DNA of 64,000 bases from Mobula hypostoma (taxonomy: Eukaryota), in contig NC_086124.1 in NCBI RefSeq assembly GCF_963921235.1, forward strand, positions 16,306,001-16,370,000, read 5' to 3'. The translations under genes were made by a program, and so were the position numbers. Of this stretch, positions 1-12,475 are shown one piece after another (the stretch's first letter is position 1; each line of letters opens with the position of its first letter). Under the pieces are notes generated by a model. The model ran no database searches and had not been told where the DNA came from. It was given only the letters and a program-made list of their open reading frames with translations.

Positions 1-24
1 ACTCTGCTTCCCACCCCCCTGCAA

Positions 25-1350
25 CTTCAGGGAGAAATCAGGAAGGCTAAACAGGGACATGAGGTTGGTCTGCTGATAAGGTAGAAGAGAATTCCAAGGG
101 CTTCTTTAGATATAGAAGAAGAAGAAAGCCCTTAACTCTGAGTGGATTCATCGGGACGCTGTCATGACGGCACTTTTTTAGCAGGCTTTCTTATTTTTAC
201 GAGGCCGAGTTGCTAGCTTGACGCTCAACCCAGCATGGATGGAAAGCGTGCAAGGGAGCCGGCTGGATTCGAACTCGGGAGCCTTCGCTCCGAAGTCTGG
301 CGCTGATCCCACTAGATATATCAAAGGCTAAAGGACGGCAAGCGCTAGAATTGGTCCTTTTGAAGATCAGCGTGGAGATCTACCCACAGAACCAGAAGGG
401 AAGGGAGAGATCTTAAGGGAGTTGTTTGTATTTGTATTTACCTGACAGAAATACACAGGATCTATAGAACTGACTGAGGCTTAAGAGTAGTGAGGTGCTG
501 GAACTTACCCCAATTACAGAAAAGGTGGTGCTTGCTGTCTTGAGGCAAATTAAGCAGAAAAATTTCCAAGGCCTGCAAAGTGTCCCCTCTACCTTACAGA
601 AGTCTAGTCCAGAAATTGCCCGGGGCTTAACAGAGACGCTTAAAATGCCTGTACCACAGTTGAGGTGCCAGAGGACTGGAGGACAGCAACTGTTCCATTG
701 TTTAGGAAAGGTTCTAAGAATAAACCCGGAAACTACACGCCAGTGAGCCTGACATCAGTTGTGAGTAAATTATTGGGAAGTATTCTTTGGGATAGAACAT
801 AAAAGTATTTGGACAGACATAATCCCAATTAGGAATAGTTAACATAGATAAACCCTACCAAGTACATTGCTAACTAACGTTATATAGACTTTGAATTGGT
901 ATGAGGAAGGTTGATGTTGGAAAGGCGGTGGACGTTGTGTAAATGGACATTAGCAAGGCCTATGACAGCATGGGAAGCTAGTCCTGAATATTAAATTCAG
1001 GATGAAATTGTGGGAGTAGATGGTTGTCTGTCTAACTGGAGGTCTGTTACACTGGTGCACCACAGGGATTGGTGCTTGGTCCATTCTTGTTTATTACCTA
1101 TATCGATGATTTAGATGATAATGTGGATCAGGATGACAATAACATTTGGGACGTAGTGGACAGCGAGAAAGGGTATCGAAGCTTAAAACGTGATCTGGAC
1201 CAACTGGCAAAATGACATAAGGAATTTTAATGCAGCCAAGTGTGAATAGTTTGGATAGCTACATGCATGAGAGGGTATGGTCCGGGTGCGGGTAAATGGG
1301 AAAAAAACAGGTCGATACAAACTAGATGGGTTAACGGCCTGATTCTGTGC
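25..1350 (+). mobile_element. Degenerate CR1 LINE ORF2 fragment, interrupted by a SINE
   Basis: Frameshifted CR1-type motifs: PGNYTPVSLTSVVSKLL (~725-775), GKAVDVV.MD.SKAYD (~920-965), GAPQGL-VLGP (~1053-1083), followed by a CR1-like 3' end near 1250-1350. Boundaries approximate. Confidence 0.75.
115..312 (-). mobile_element. tRNA-derived SINE
   Basis: Minus strand has a tRNA-like head with B box GTTCGAATCC and ends in a (TTC)n tail. Flanked by direct repeat TAGATATA (107-114, 313-320). Confidence 0.75.
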
Positions 1351-1871
1351 TGAATTCTGACTCTCACCTTGTCCACGCCCCCAATCCACGGTCCTGAACT
1401 TTCCATCCAAGTGAAGCGGTGATTCAGTCGCACTTTTTCCAGTCTCGTCCGCTGAAATCGGTGATCACACCGTGGTCTCCTCGGCATTGGAGAAACCAAA
1501 CGCAGATTGGTCCGTCACCCTCATCTTCACTGTTATTGTCAGTGCAGCAGCCATCAATCTGCTTAAGCGGGTGGATCAAAAATGAGGGAGAGGGTACAGT
1601 GAATGGTGCCTCCTGCACTGTGACACTGAGGACCGAGACCACGCTGAGGAAGAGAATCTCATCCGTCCGGGAACGTCGGAGCCGCTGGTCTCCATATTAA
1701 TCTGTCCAGCGGTATTGCGCGTGCGCGGCCTGCACGGTAAGGGAGTTCAAAGGTCAAATGTTTAAGTGCAATTTAATATCACCACATACAAGCCCAAGGT
1801 TATTTTTTCCCTCGGGCATACTTAGCAGTAAACGGCGAGAGTGCGAGGCACCTTCAAACCCTTCCACGACA

Positions 1872-2030
1872 AAATCTGCAGGTGCCAGAAATCCAAGAAA
1901 TACACAGAAAATGCTGGAGGAGTTCGGCAGGCCAGACAACATCGATGGAAAAGTATACAGCCGACGTTTCGGACCAAGACCCCGACCAAGAAACGTCGAC
2001 TGTTTACTCTTCCTCCAGCATTTTGCGTCC
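1872..2030. mobile_element. Short fold-back Penelope-derived terminal repeat
   Basis: Arms AAAATGCTGGAGGA / TCCTCCAGCATTTT and GACGTTTC / GAAACGTC are mutually inverted, and resemble the Penelope termini at 18.6-19.2 kb and 29.2-29.8 kb. Confidence 0.6.
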
Positions 2031-2075
2031 GTTGCTTCAAACGCTTCCGGCCGTTTCGGGAGTCTCGGGCCCCAC

Positions 2076-2147
2076 GGCGGAGCTCCGGGCTGGGACCAAG
2101 GAGGGACGTATAGACCCTATGGCGGAGCTCCGGGCTGGGACCAAGGA
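2076..2147 (+). repeat. 27-bp direct repeat, 45-bp period
   Basis: GGCGGAGCTCCGGGCTGGGACCAAGGA at 2076-2102 and 2121-2147. Confidence 0.85.
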
Positions 2148-2310
2148 AGGAGGGGCTTGCGCACGTTGGATCTGTGGCGGTGAGGTCAGCCCAGGCGCCA
2201 CCCGACCACCTCCTCCCGGAACACCCGCTCTTACCGGCCACTACACCTGCAACTACCTCCCACCGCTTCCCCCACCTACCACTGTACCACAAGACATAAG
2301 AGCAGAGTTA

Positions 2311-2512
<202 letters not shown>

Positions 2513-2539
2513 TAATTGGTCATCAATCAGCGATACAAA

Positions 2540-2555
2540 GGCTCTTTTCAGAGCC
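2540..2555 (+). terminator. Histone 3' stem-loop (H2A pseudogene)
   Basis: GGCTCTTTTCAGAGCC, consensus histone hairpin preceded by CAAA. Confidence 0.95.
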
Positions 2556-2708
2556 ACTTACAATTTCGGCCAGAGTGGACGGAGTGTGGGCTGCTGCTGG
2601 AAGCTGGCTGTGTTTTGCTTGATGCGTGAGTGTGTTTTGGAACCTGTTGAGGGAAAGAGAGTGGGGAAGGAACGGAAATTGCTGGGAGGGGGCCGTGTGG
2701 GTCCGGTA

Positions 2709-3941
2709 ATGGCGGACAAGATAAGAGGCGGGGTTGAGGGAAAGAAAGTGGAGAAGGAGAGGGATAGAGACTTGGGACCAGAGGTAGGCAGCTGGGGAGA
2801 GGTGGATTATTGTGAAGGGAGAAATAAAGGGAATGAGGAGGTAGTGAGGGGTCGGATGAATAAAAACCAAGACAAAGGGAATAAAAGAATAAGAAATGAT
2901 GGTGGAGAAAGCTCTGAAAGTGAGGAAGATGAACAAGCTCAGAGAGGAGGTGTTGTCATAATTAGGTGTAATGAGAAGGCTCAGGGACATATGAAGAAAA
3001 TTAACCCGTTTGTGCTAACAACAACTCTGACAAATAAGATAGGGGAAATAGTATTTGCAAAAGTCCTTAATGATGGCAACTTATTGGTAAGATGTGCGAA
3101 TGAGGAACAACTTGAGAAAGCACTCAAGCTAAAAGAGATAGGAAAATGCAAGGTGGAATACACTGGGAGGGTGGGAGCACAAAACAGTGGTTGTAAAGGA
3201 GTGATCACGGGGATACCAATGAGTATAAATATAGAGGAGATCAAGAGGAATATCAAAGGAGGGAAAGTAATGAATGTTCAAAGACTGAAAACAACAAAGG
3301 AGGGAGTGAAAAAGGAAAGTGAATCAGTATTGATTGAATTTGAAGAAGAAAGAGTGCCAAGGAAGGTGTTCCTGGGTTTCATGAGTTACCCAGTAAGGGT
3401 GTATGTGCCAAAGCCATTGAGGTGCTATAATTGTCAAAGGTTTGGACACGTGGCTAAAAACTGTAAAAGGCAGAGGAGATGTGCTAGATGTGGGGGTGAT
3501 CATGAATATGGAAAGTGCGGAACAGGAGTTCAACCAAAATGCTGCAATTGTGGAGGAGCTCATAATGTGGCATATAGTGGGTGTGAGGTTGTGAGACGGG
3601 AGACTAAAATTCAAGAAATAAGAGTGAAAAGAAAGATCACTTATGCAGAAGCTGTAAGAATGTCAAGAGAACAGAATAATGCTCCTAATGAACAGGGAGC
3701 AATAGGGATATGAGAGATGCAACAAAGAACAAATGACAGGATTTATGTAGACAAAAAGGCTCTAGTAATATTCATTGCAGGAGTGATTAATAGTACGGCT
3801 GAGGTAAAGTCAAAAAGTGACAAAATTCAGCTGGTGGTAAAAGCAGCAGTAAACCATTTAGGGTTAGTAGGACTGACATGGGAGGAAGTGAGGGAGAACC
3901 TCAGTAATCAGTCAAGCCAGGAAGTGTCGTGTGTTGGTTAA
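2709..3941 (+). pseudogene. LINE ORF1 gag-like nucleic-acid-binding protein with one premature stop
   Basis: Three zinc knuckles: CYNCQRFGHVAKNC, CARCGGDHEYGKC, CCNCGGAHNVAYSGC. TGA at 3711-3713 where copy 2 has CGA (GIREMQQ). Start ATG 2709 chosen on Kozak context and is uncertain. Confidence 0.85.
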
Positions 3942-3949
3942 TACTAATT

Positions 3950-6900
3950 ATGGTGATTCTTTTACAATGGAATGCAAGGAGCTTACTGGCCAATAGCCAG
4001 GAATTCAAGCACTTTATTAAAGAAATGGTTGTAAAACCGGATGTAGTGTGTATTCAGGAAACTTGGTTGAAACCAACTTTAGACTTTGTGGTATATGGGT
4101 ATACAATGATAAGGAAAGATAGAAATCTAGGGGGAGGAGGGGGTTGTGCTATGTTAATCAAGCAAGGTATACCATATAGGGTACTGGAGAAAGGAGATGA
4201 TCAGGAATACATAGTGGTGGAAGTGTGGGAGAGAGGGGAGGGAGTGGTTATGATTAACTACTACAATCCATGTAAAAGGTTGGATTTGGACAGCCTATTA
4301 AAGATAGAAGGACAAAACAGACATAAAGTAGTGTGGTGTGCAGATTTCAATGCTCATAGCACAATATGGGGGGATCAGATTACAGATCCAAATGGAAAGG
4401 TAATTGAAGATTTGATGGAAGAAAGGGATTTGGTGTGTATGAATGATGGTAGCGGCACAAGGATAGATATAACAACAGGAACTGGGTCAGTGTTAGATGT
4501 TATGTTAGTGTCTAATACCTTGGCTGGCATTAGTAACTGGGGAGTTTGGACTGCTTCAACAGTAGGCAGTGATCACTACCCAGTTTTGTGTTCAGTGGGT
4601 GAAAGAGTTGAAGTAAGACCAGGTGGCGGAACCCCAAAGTGGGTGTTTGAAAAAGCTGATTGGGGTAAGTTCCAGAAGTTAAGTGAAGAAGAGTTGACAA
4701 AGATTGATATTTCTGGAAATGTAGATGAATTAAACAGTCAGGTGACTTCAGCAATTATCATGGCAGCAGAAGGGTCTATACCTAGGAGTAAAAATAGGAT
4801 GAATAGAAAACTGGTGCCATGGTGGACAGAGGAATGTTGTCAGGCTGTAAAAAACAGAAATAGAGCATTCAGGCTAGTTAAAAGAACCCATAATATGCAG
4901 CATTTGGTTCAATATAAGAAAGCACAGGCAGTGGTGAGAAGAACTATACGTCAAGCTAAAAGGGCAAGTTGGAGGAGTTTTTGCGACAAGGTAGGAAGAA
5001 CAACACCTGTGGGAGAGATACGGGGAATGATTAAGAGGATGGGAGGAGATAGAAGGGAATGGGAATATCCAGTAATGATAACTGAGGAGGAAACTGCAGT
5101 CTCCAGTAGGGATAAGGCTGAGGTCATGGCCAAGTCATTTGTGCTGATACACAGTTCAGAAAATTTGTCTGAAGAAGGGAGAAGAAGGAGGGAAAGAATA
5201 ATGAGCCAACACCCAAGTGTGTTAAGCAGGAGGGAAGGAACAGATGATTTAATTGATGATCCATTTACATTAGCAGAAATGGTGAGAGCAATAAAGAGAT
5301 CGAGACCAACCTCCCCAGGGAAAGATCTGATATGCTCTGTGATGCTAAAAAATCTAGGAGAAGGAGCGCTCTTGAAGTCGCTGCATTTTTATAACAGAGT
5401 GTGGGAGGAGGGAAAATTACCAAGTGCATGGAAAGAAGCAGTAGTAATTCCAATAAGGAAGCCTGGCAAGGATCTGTCAAAACCCACTAGCTACAGACCA
5501 ATTGCATTAACATCAAGTATATGTAAGATAATGGAAAGGATGATAACAGAAAGGTTATCATATGAGCTTGAGAAAAGGGGAATGCTGGGAAGTTATCAGA
5601 GTGGTTTTAGAAAGGGAAGGAATTCCATGGACTCAGTGATTATGTTAGAGACTGAAATAAGGAAGGCCCAGGCAAATAGAGAGTCAGTAGTGGCAGTGTT
5701 CTTTGACATTGAAAAAGCCTATGATATGATGTGGAAGGAAGGATTATTAATTAAACTGCACAAGATGGGGGTTGGTGGGAGAGTTTTTAATTGGATTAAA
5801 GATTTTTTGTTTGGTAGAAAAATTCAAGTTTGGATTGGATCAGAATTATCAAAACAGTACATAGTGGAAAATGGCACACCTCAAGGTAGTATGAATAGCC
5901 CATTACTTTTCATGATTATGATCAATGATGTCTTCACAAAGGTACCAGTGGATATAGGTAGGTCACTGTTTGCGGATGATGGGGCCTTGTGGAAAAGAGG
6001 CAGAAACATGGACTATATAATCAGGAAACTACAAGAAGCAATTGATGAAGTGATGGAGTGGGGTTATGATTGGGGATGTAGATTTTCAGTAGATAAAACT
6101 CAAACTGTATTTTTTACCAGGAAAAGGGTTGAGGTAGGGAAGAAGTTAAGGATGTATGGGGTTGAATTAGAAAGGGTTGCATCATTTAAATTTCTGGGAG
6201 TTATATTTGATTCACGATTAACATGGGCAGACCATATCAGGAAAGTTGAGGAGAAATGTAAAAAAGTAATAAATGTGATGAGATGTTTGACTGGTAGGGA
6301 ATGGGGAGCAAGTTGTTCAGCTTTGAAGAGAATGTATGTGGCTTTAGTAAGATCTGTATTGGATTATGGAAATATAGTATATGGATCAGCAGCTAGGTCT
6401 CTTATAAGGAAACTGGATGTGATTCAGGCTCAGGCCTTGAGAGTGTGCAGTGGGGCTTTTAAAACGTCACCAGTGTCAGCCCTACAGGTAGAAATGGGAA
6501 TAATGCCTTTGGAACTAAGAAGGATGCAACTGATGGCAAACTACTGGGCTAACTTGCAGGGGCACAATGATTCTCACCCTACTAAAGGAGTGTTGCAGGA
6601 GTGCTGGGAAAATGGGAGGTTTCAGAGGAATACCTTTAGTCGGGTAGGGAATGATATTGCTAAAGAATGTGGAGTGTTTGATCTGAGGATAAGTCCTTCA
6701 GTAGTTTATCCGGTTGTAGCTCCATGGAAGCTTGTATGGCCTGACATAGACTGGCATTTGTTAGAGGTAAAAAGGAAAGAAAGATATAAAACAGATTTGG
6801 TAAATGCATTTAACTGTCATGTGATGGAAAAGTATAGTGATTATACTCACATTTATACAGATGGTGCGAAGGAACCCGAAACAGGAGTGACAGGGTTTGG

Positions 6901-7699
6901 GGTGGTAATACCAGCAAAAGAAATTGGAATCAGCAGAAGAACATCTAATAAGTTAGGGGTGTTGACAGTGGAGATGCTGGCAGTGTTAGTTGCGTTGCAA
7001 TGGGTGCAGAAAGCCAGACCATCCAAAGCATTGATATGTTCAGATTCATCCTCAGTTCTAGCAAGTTTAAGGTCTTTTCACACAAACAGTCGGCAAGATG
7101 TACTTTATGAAGTCCTTCAGTTAGTTACAAGAATTGCAAATCAGGGAGGTCAGGTAAAATTTCTATGGGTACCAGCACATTTAGGGGTGAAGGGGAATGA
7201 GAGGGTGGATGAGTTGGCAAAGAGGGCGTTAAAGAAAGAAAATGTGGAAATGCACATTAGTATCGGTAAAGCAGAGGTTAAGTGTGTAATCTGGGAAAAA
7301 GTCAACCGAATATGGCAAGAAAGATGGGACAGGGAGGGGAAAGGGAGGCATTTATATCAAATACAAAAGAGTATTGCAGTTACTAGGGTAGGTAATGGAA
7401 ACAGAAGAGAGGAAATTGTGTGGACTAGGTTAAGGCTGGGGCACTGTGCATTAAACAAAACATTGAAAATGATAGGGAAACACCAGACAGGATTGTGTGA
7501 GGAATGTCAGGAAGAGGAGTCAGTAGAACATGTAGTTCTGAGTTGCAGGAAGTATGGGATACAGAGAGAGATGATGAGAAATAAATTAAGGGAGTTGGGG
7601 ATGCAGGAATTTACATTAAAAGGGTTGCTGGGCATGGGTGAGAGAGCACAAGTCTGGGTATTTTTAGCGTTTTTAAGGGGTACAGGGTTTTTTTTATAG
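3950..7699 (+). CDS. LINE ORF2 polyprotein: APE endonuclease, reverse transcriptase, RNase H, C-terminal zinc knuckle
   Basis: Uninterrupted ~1249 codons. Motifs: QWNARSL, IQETWL, ADFNAH, GSDHYP (APE); YRPIALTS, FFDIEKAYD, PQGS, LFADD, KFLGV (RT); YTDG, SDS, WVPAH.G..GNERVDELAK (RNase H); CEEC...EHVVLSC. Confidence 0.93.
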   Translation: MVILLQWNARSLLANSQEFKHFIKEMVVKPDVVCIQETWLKPTLDFVVYGYTMIRKDRNLGGGGGCAMLIKQGIPYRVLEKGDDQEYIVVEVWERGEGVVMINYYNPCKRLDLDSLLKIEGQNRHKVVWCADFNAHSTIWGDQITDPNGKVIEDLMEERDLVCMNDGSGTRIDITTGTGSVLDVMLVSNTLAGISNWGVWTASTVGSDHYPVLCSVGERVEVRPGGGTPKWVFEKADWGKFQKLSEEELTKIDISGNVDELNSQVTSAIIMAAEGSIPRSKNRMNRKLVPWWTEECCQAVKNRNRAFRLVKRTHNMQHLVQYKKAQAVVRRTIRQAKRASWRSFCDKVGRTTPVGEIRGMIKRMGGDRREWEYPVMITEEETAVSSRDKAEVMAKSFVLIHSSENLSEEGRRRRERIMSQHPSVLSRREGTDDLIDDPFTLAEMVRAIKRSRPTSPGKDLICSVMLKNLGEGALLKSLHFYNRVWEEGKLPSAWKEAVVIPIRKPGKDLSKPTSYRPIALTSSICKIMERMITERLSYELEKRGMLGSYQSGFRKGRNSMDSVIMLETEIRKAQANRESVVAVFFDIEKAYDMMWKEGLLIKLHKMGVGGRVFNWIKDFLFGRKIQVWIGSELSKQYIVENGTPQGSMNSPLLFMIMINDVFTKVPVDIGRSLFADDGALWKRGRNMDYIIRKLQEAIDEVMEWGYDWGCRFSVDKTQTVFFTRKRVEVGKKLRMYGVELERVASFKFLGVIFDSRLTWADHIRKVEEKCKKVINVMRCLTGREWGASCSALKRMYVALVRSVLDYGNIVYGSAARSLIRKLDVIQAQALRVCSGAFKTSPVSALQVEMGIMPLELRRMQLMANYWANLQGHNDSHPTKGVLQECWENGRFQRNTFSRVGNDIAKECGVFDLRISPSVVYPVVAPWKLVWPDIDWHLLEVKRKERYKTDLVNAFNCHVMEKYSDYTHIYTDGAKEPETGVTGFGVVIPAKEIGISRRTSNKLGVLTVEMLAVLVALQWVQKARPSKALICSDSSSVLASLRSFHTNSRQDVLYEVLQLVTRIANQGGQVKFLWVPAHLGVKGNERVDELAKRALKKENVEMHISIGKAEVKCVIWEKVNRIWQERWDREGKGRHLYQIQKSIAVTRVGNGNRREEIVWTRLRLGHCALNKTLKMIGKHQTGLCEECQEEESVEHVVLSCRKYGIQREMMRNKLRELGMQEFTLKGLLGMGERAQVWVFLAFLRGTGFFL

Positions 7700-8894
7700 A
7701 ATATGAGGAATAAACAGGAATAGGATACTAGGATGGTCAAAGATGGGAGGGTGAAGTGTAGGTTTGTGTGTGTGTGTGTGATTGGGTGAAGGGATTTAGA
7801 ATGTATGTCTAGTGCACATTCTGGAGCAGAGGGTGGCGGTAATGCACCATTAAGCTGGATGCCAACCGCCGTAAAACAAGATACAGACAGACTTACAATT
7901 TCCGTGGAAAGGATGAGTTGGGGCGAGATCTAGAGAGTGCATTCAGTGTACCTGGAGCAGACAAGGCCATCCGGCCACGTCTTGATCTTCCTTGAAATAA
8001 ATTGACTTTTATCTGTGCATATTGCGGCCCCCCTGAATGCCTTTATTCTTTCGTATCCGGTATTTTACACAAAAGAGGAAATTCTCCTGGGCTCGCCCCG
8101 GTACTTCCTAGAGCAATGCAGAATGGTACAGACAACTAGCGATTTCACCAATAAACAGGTGACAAAAAGAAATTATCCAGACTCACCTCAGTCCCCAGAA
8201 TACGTAAATCCCGCCAAGATAATTATTATGTCCATTGGTCCAAAACAAATGCAGATGCGTGAACAGGATTTCACGACAGAGAGTCTCCACTCATTTACAA
8301 TAAAGACCGTGTGTGAATTCATCACTTATGAAGAGATTATTTAGTTTTAATCTTCACTTTCCATTTCCAATGGTTCACAGAACGGAATAGTATTAGCCAA
8401 TTATGTACAACGCAGACTGAAGACGGGTTACCACTTATAAAATACAATCGGAGCAGTGACGGTCGTGTTAATTCGTTGAAAAGATCCTGAGTGAACCTAT
8501 TCTGATCTCTAGTTGAAATACGATTCAGACTTTTATAACACTGGGGTGTTGCAAATAGTAAATCGCATCTACAACAATTAAATCACTTCAGTAACAGCAA
8601 GCATCTTCATCTCTATCCGCTCTATATCTAAAGTTTTGTGCGAGAAAATAGCGACAAAGTGACTGAAGTGAGAGGGCAAAATGTCCGTGTTGGAGCAATG
8701 GGCAGGAACAGCAACAATGGAATTGTACAAAGCAATGGAAAGATTCATCAACATAAACATTCCCCTTCGAGAGTTAAACCTTCAAGACAAGCTTGCAGCG
8801 ATCTGATATAGAATTATGAGTACAACTCTTCCACGGAAACTGTGAGTGGCTTTTAAATGAGCTGTTGGGTTTGTCCTATCAGCACTCAGCCGTT

Positions 8895-9124
<230 letters not shown>

Positions 9125-9289
9125 TTCTTCAATCAGTTTCAGACACTGTAAATGCCAATTAAATAGGCAGCGTGGTCCCGCTGGCAGATTTGGTCGGATG
9201 AAAGCTAACAGTTCAATCTAACCCTTTGATTGCACAATGTGAATTGACCAACCACAGTCAACAAGGTTTAGCAAAGGTTCACTGGTTAA

Positions 9290-10635
9290 CATAAGAAGAC
9301 ACAAAGTTGGTTATCCAATATTGATAACATTAGTAGAGTGTTGGGAGCACTTCATTCATAAGGCCTTCATCAGCTCTGGATGTTTATGGATACAAAATAT
9401 TGGCCTGTTTCATGTGAAATTTGATCTCAGTGTACCCCTTTCTGTCACTCCTCCATGATTTTCCCTTTGCCTGTGGTTGATCTAAGCCTTCAAGAAAATA
9501 TCATGATGAAGAATGATTGTATACCAGTAGCACAGGTTGTTCAGTGATATGTGCAAGGCAGACATTACAGATTCTTACACTCTACAAAGATGGTTCAAAA
9601 GATCTAGCTGCAGGTTGTTCAGGTGTTTCTGTTTATATTCCAAAGTTCCAAGTGACTATTAAGAAAAGATTATCAAAGTAGCAGGATTCATGTCTGAGGT
9701 ATTTGCTATCATTTCAGCCTTGGAATGGGTTGAAGAAGTCTGCCTGGATTCTGTACTTCAGTGATTCATTTTTGGTTTCGTTCATTATGAGAAGTGTTGT
9801 ATTACGTTGGTGATCATAGTCTTTCCATGAACATGACTGCTCTTAGCAAATTTTACCACAGAGCAAGCTTGCCATTGCCTTCTTCTGGGCAATTACTTTA
9901 CAAGCTTCAGTTTTGCCATCTAATGAGACAGGTATATTGAATTAGAGGCCAAAAATTCTTCTTGGGGTTGGACAACAGTCGTTGAACTTGCAGGGTCTAG
10001 GCTTGGGTATACAAACAAAGTGGCAGATATTCTAGCCAACCAATCACATAAACTTAGGAATATCAAAGTAGTGGTGTCTTTCTATATATGAGAGATGAAA
10101 GCTATAATTAAAACGTCAATTTGATCACTGTGGCAACAAAGTTTGGATAAGGAAAGAATGACATTTATATCAAATTTATCTAGTGAGAACTCAACTGGAA
10201 GGTATGCATAAATTCTTCCCTCCTTTTATACACATTGGACATATGAAGCTGAATAATTCCTTGTTCACAATTAGTAAAGATGATATGGGTATTTGTACAG
10301 AGAGAACTTGTCAAGAAATGGTGCAACATGTATCTTTCCAAGGCAATTCCTCTGAGGTGCAAAGGAAGCATCTAATTGCTAAATTGAGATCTTTGGGACA
10401 GACACAACTTAATGGAAAGCTCGTCAGGACATCACTGCCATTGTAATGTATACAAATCTGTGTTTGACGTTCTGAAAAGCGATAGACGTTTTGATATTAT
10501 TTGAGGTTAACTTTTTGGAGGGAAAATTTAGTGGGTATACTTCCTGTCTCGTTATTCCGCAATCTAACCAATTCAGTAATTGGTAGTAATGCACCTTATG
10601 TTACTCTACAAAACACCAATCAACCTTACAAGAAC
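9290..10635 (+). mobile_element. Old I-group LINE 3' remnant (RNase H region and 3' end)
   Basis: LYKDGSKD and IISALEWVEEV RNase H-like remnants. 3' motif GGTAGTAATGCACC matches GGCGGTAATGCACC of the young copies. Paralogous copies at ~42710-43630 and ~55880-57510. Confidence 0.65.
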
Positions 10636-12242
10636 AATTAGTAGGTTTTTTTTTCCCCTTAAGATACTCTCGACCCAGTTTGATTGGAACGTTTTTAAAG
10701 AGATGACAATATATATTGATGAGGGTGGTTTGAGTTTGACTCTACAATTTGAGGGGGAGAAATTCAAGCTAGATCAATTCTTATTACAGTGGAGTAAATG
10801 GAATTACAGAGGCACAAGAGAGGAGCTGATCAAAGTCAAAGGAAAGGTGGCAGTAGCAGGAATGACAGCATTACAGCAATGGCTGGAGTTTATTGGAACA
10901 ATTTGGAAGGCACAAAACAGGTATATCGCAAAGTTGGAAAAACGAGCTTTTCGCTTCTCCATAGATGCTGTGTGTTGCAAGCATGTATAGCAGATTGTTT
11001 GCTTGGCAGGAAGCAAAGAGAGGGAATAAATGAGGCCTTTTATGGTTGCCCGATTCTCTTAATAGCTGTTAGGGAAATTATTCACACTTCCCTTGAACAA
11101 GAATTTTTCCAGGTGCCTTCAAAACTGTGGCTGTCAAACACCTACTTACGAACTACAGGCATATAACAAAACTTCCCTTCCTGGGCAAGATTCTTCAGAA
11201 AGAAATATTCAAGCGACAGAACTTTCTGACTGAGAACAACATTTAAGAAAAGTTCAGTCAGGCGCTCACCAAAATTGTCAGCAACCTCAGGTTCAGCACT
11301 GAAAGAGAAAGAGTCAATATTTCACGTCAGAATTTGGAAAGTGAGGAAAAAGCAAGTTTGTTTTAATTTGCTGAAAAGAATGGTGGAGATATCGATGGTG
11401 TGAAATAAATATCAGTAAAAACGAGGTCCAGATGGAACAGGTTAATGGGGTTATCATTTTTATCAATTCCACACGTTTCTAGGAGCAGGGATTCATTGAT
11501 TCCCTCTTTTACAGAATGTTGTAGCACTATATCAGGCCATTAGTCCATCACATCAATACCAATCGGTTGGAATTCATTCATATTTATTCCTTCTACCAGC
11601 ACTTGTCCTGTAGCCTGGGTAATTCACGTGATTGTCAAGACATTTCTAAAGTACTATCAGTTACTCTGCTTTCTCCACTCTCTCTGGTACTGTGTTCCAG
11701 TTACTGTCCCTCAGCCTAACCCCACTGTCCTGTAGGTTGCTGCCCGAGCTGTGTTTCATCTGAATTTCAGGACTTCGGTCTCCGAGTTTGTTCTTTTTTT
11801 CCAGAATATCATTAATTAATTATCGGAGAAATGAGTACAAATCTGAAGAGGTTTTATATCAGTTATTCAGGACGTTCGGTAGTAATGTTGCAGACTAATC
11901 TTCAATATGGAACCCGGACTGAAAATAAAATTGATCCCAATCATCTGTCCGGGGAACATACAAACGCAGCAAAAAAATTGCGCAGTTTCGGAAGCGATTC
12001 AGAAAATCACCTCCACAGATTCGAACTCGGCTTGTTAATAGAGAAAAAAAACACTACTATAAGATAAAGTGGTATGATTTTAATGTTTCCGAAAAAAGAA
12101 CTTCTTCAGAAATCTTTCGCCGTGCCAGCGAAACCCGAGTCCTTTCCTCCGCACTCATGGTATCCGCAGGGCAGCCCCTTCACAGACACTGTGAGTGGCT
12201 CCTAAAACAGCCTTTGGGTGACAAGGTTCATACTCCGTCGCT

Positions 12243-12475
12243 TCACTTGCTGGCTCCGCCGGTTTTATTGGGCAACAACACAGCCTGTTTATTGGGTAAC
12301 ACTGCACGCTGGGCGATAGTCACCACTGGGGATTGCCAGCCAGCTCAAGAATTTCACCAGACAGAAACTCAAGAACAGCAGCCAGATAGACCGGGGCTCC
12401 GGCTGCCACCCGCTCAGCATAGTTACCCTTTCTCAGGAGCCCGTGAACACGGCACAATATGAACTGCAGTCCGGA
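12243..12475 (-). pseudogene. H2A: Histone H2A pseudogene with deletions
   Basis: Remnants [52 protein letters not shown]. Degenerate stem-loop at 12197-12212. Confidence 0.88.

Larger units (their letters stand above)
2568..7890 (+). mobile_element. Near full-length I-group (Nimb/I-like) non-LTR retrotransposon, copy 1
   Basis: ORF1 with CCHC knuckles, ORF2 with APE-RT-RNase H-CCHC, (CAGA)n tail, and 12-bp TSD ACTTACAATTTC at 2556-2567 and 7891-7902. Confidence 0.93.

Noticed and set aside
11831-12067. Recurrent short ORF MSTNLK.FYISYSGRS (also 21449 and 59045)
   Set aside because: Recurrence follows from segmental duplication. Frames diverge after ~27 codons between copies and the 36.3-kb copy is frameshifted, so there is no sign of coding constraint.
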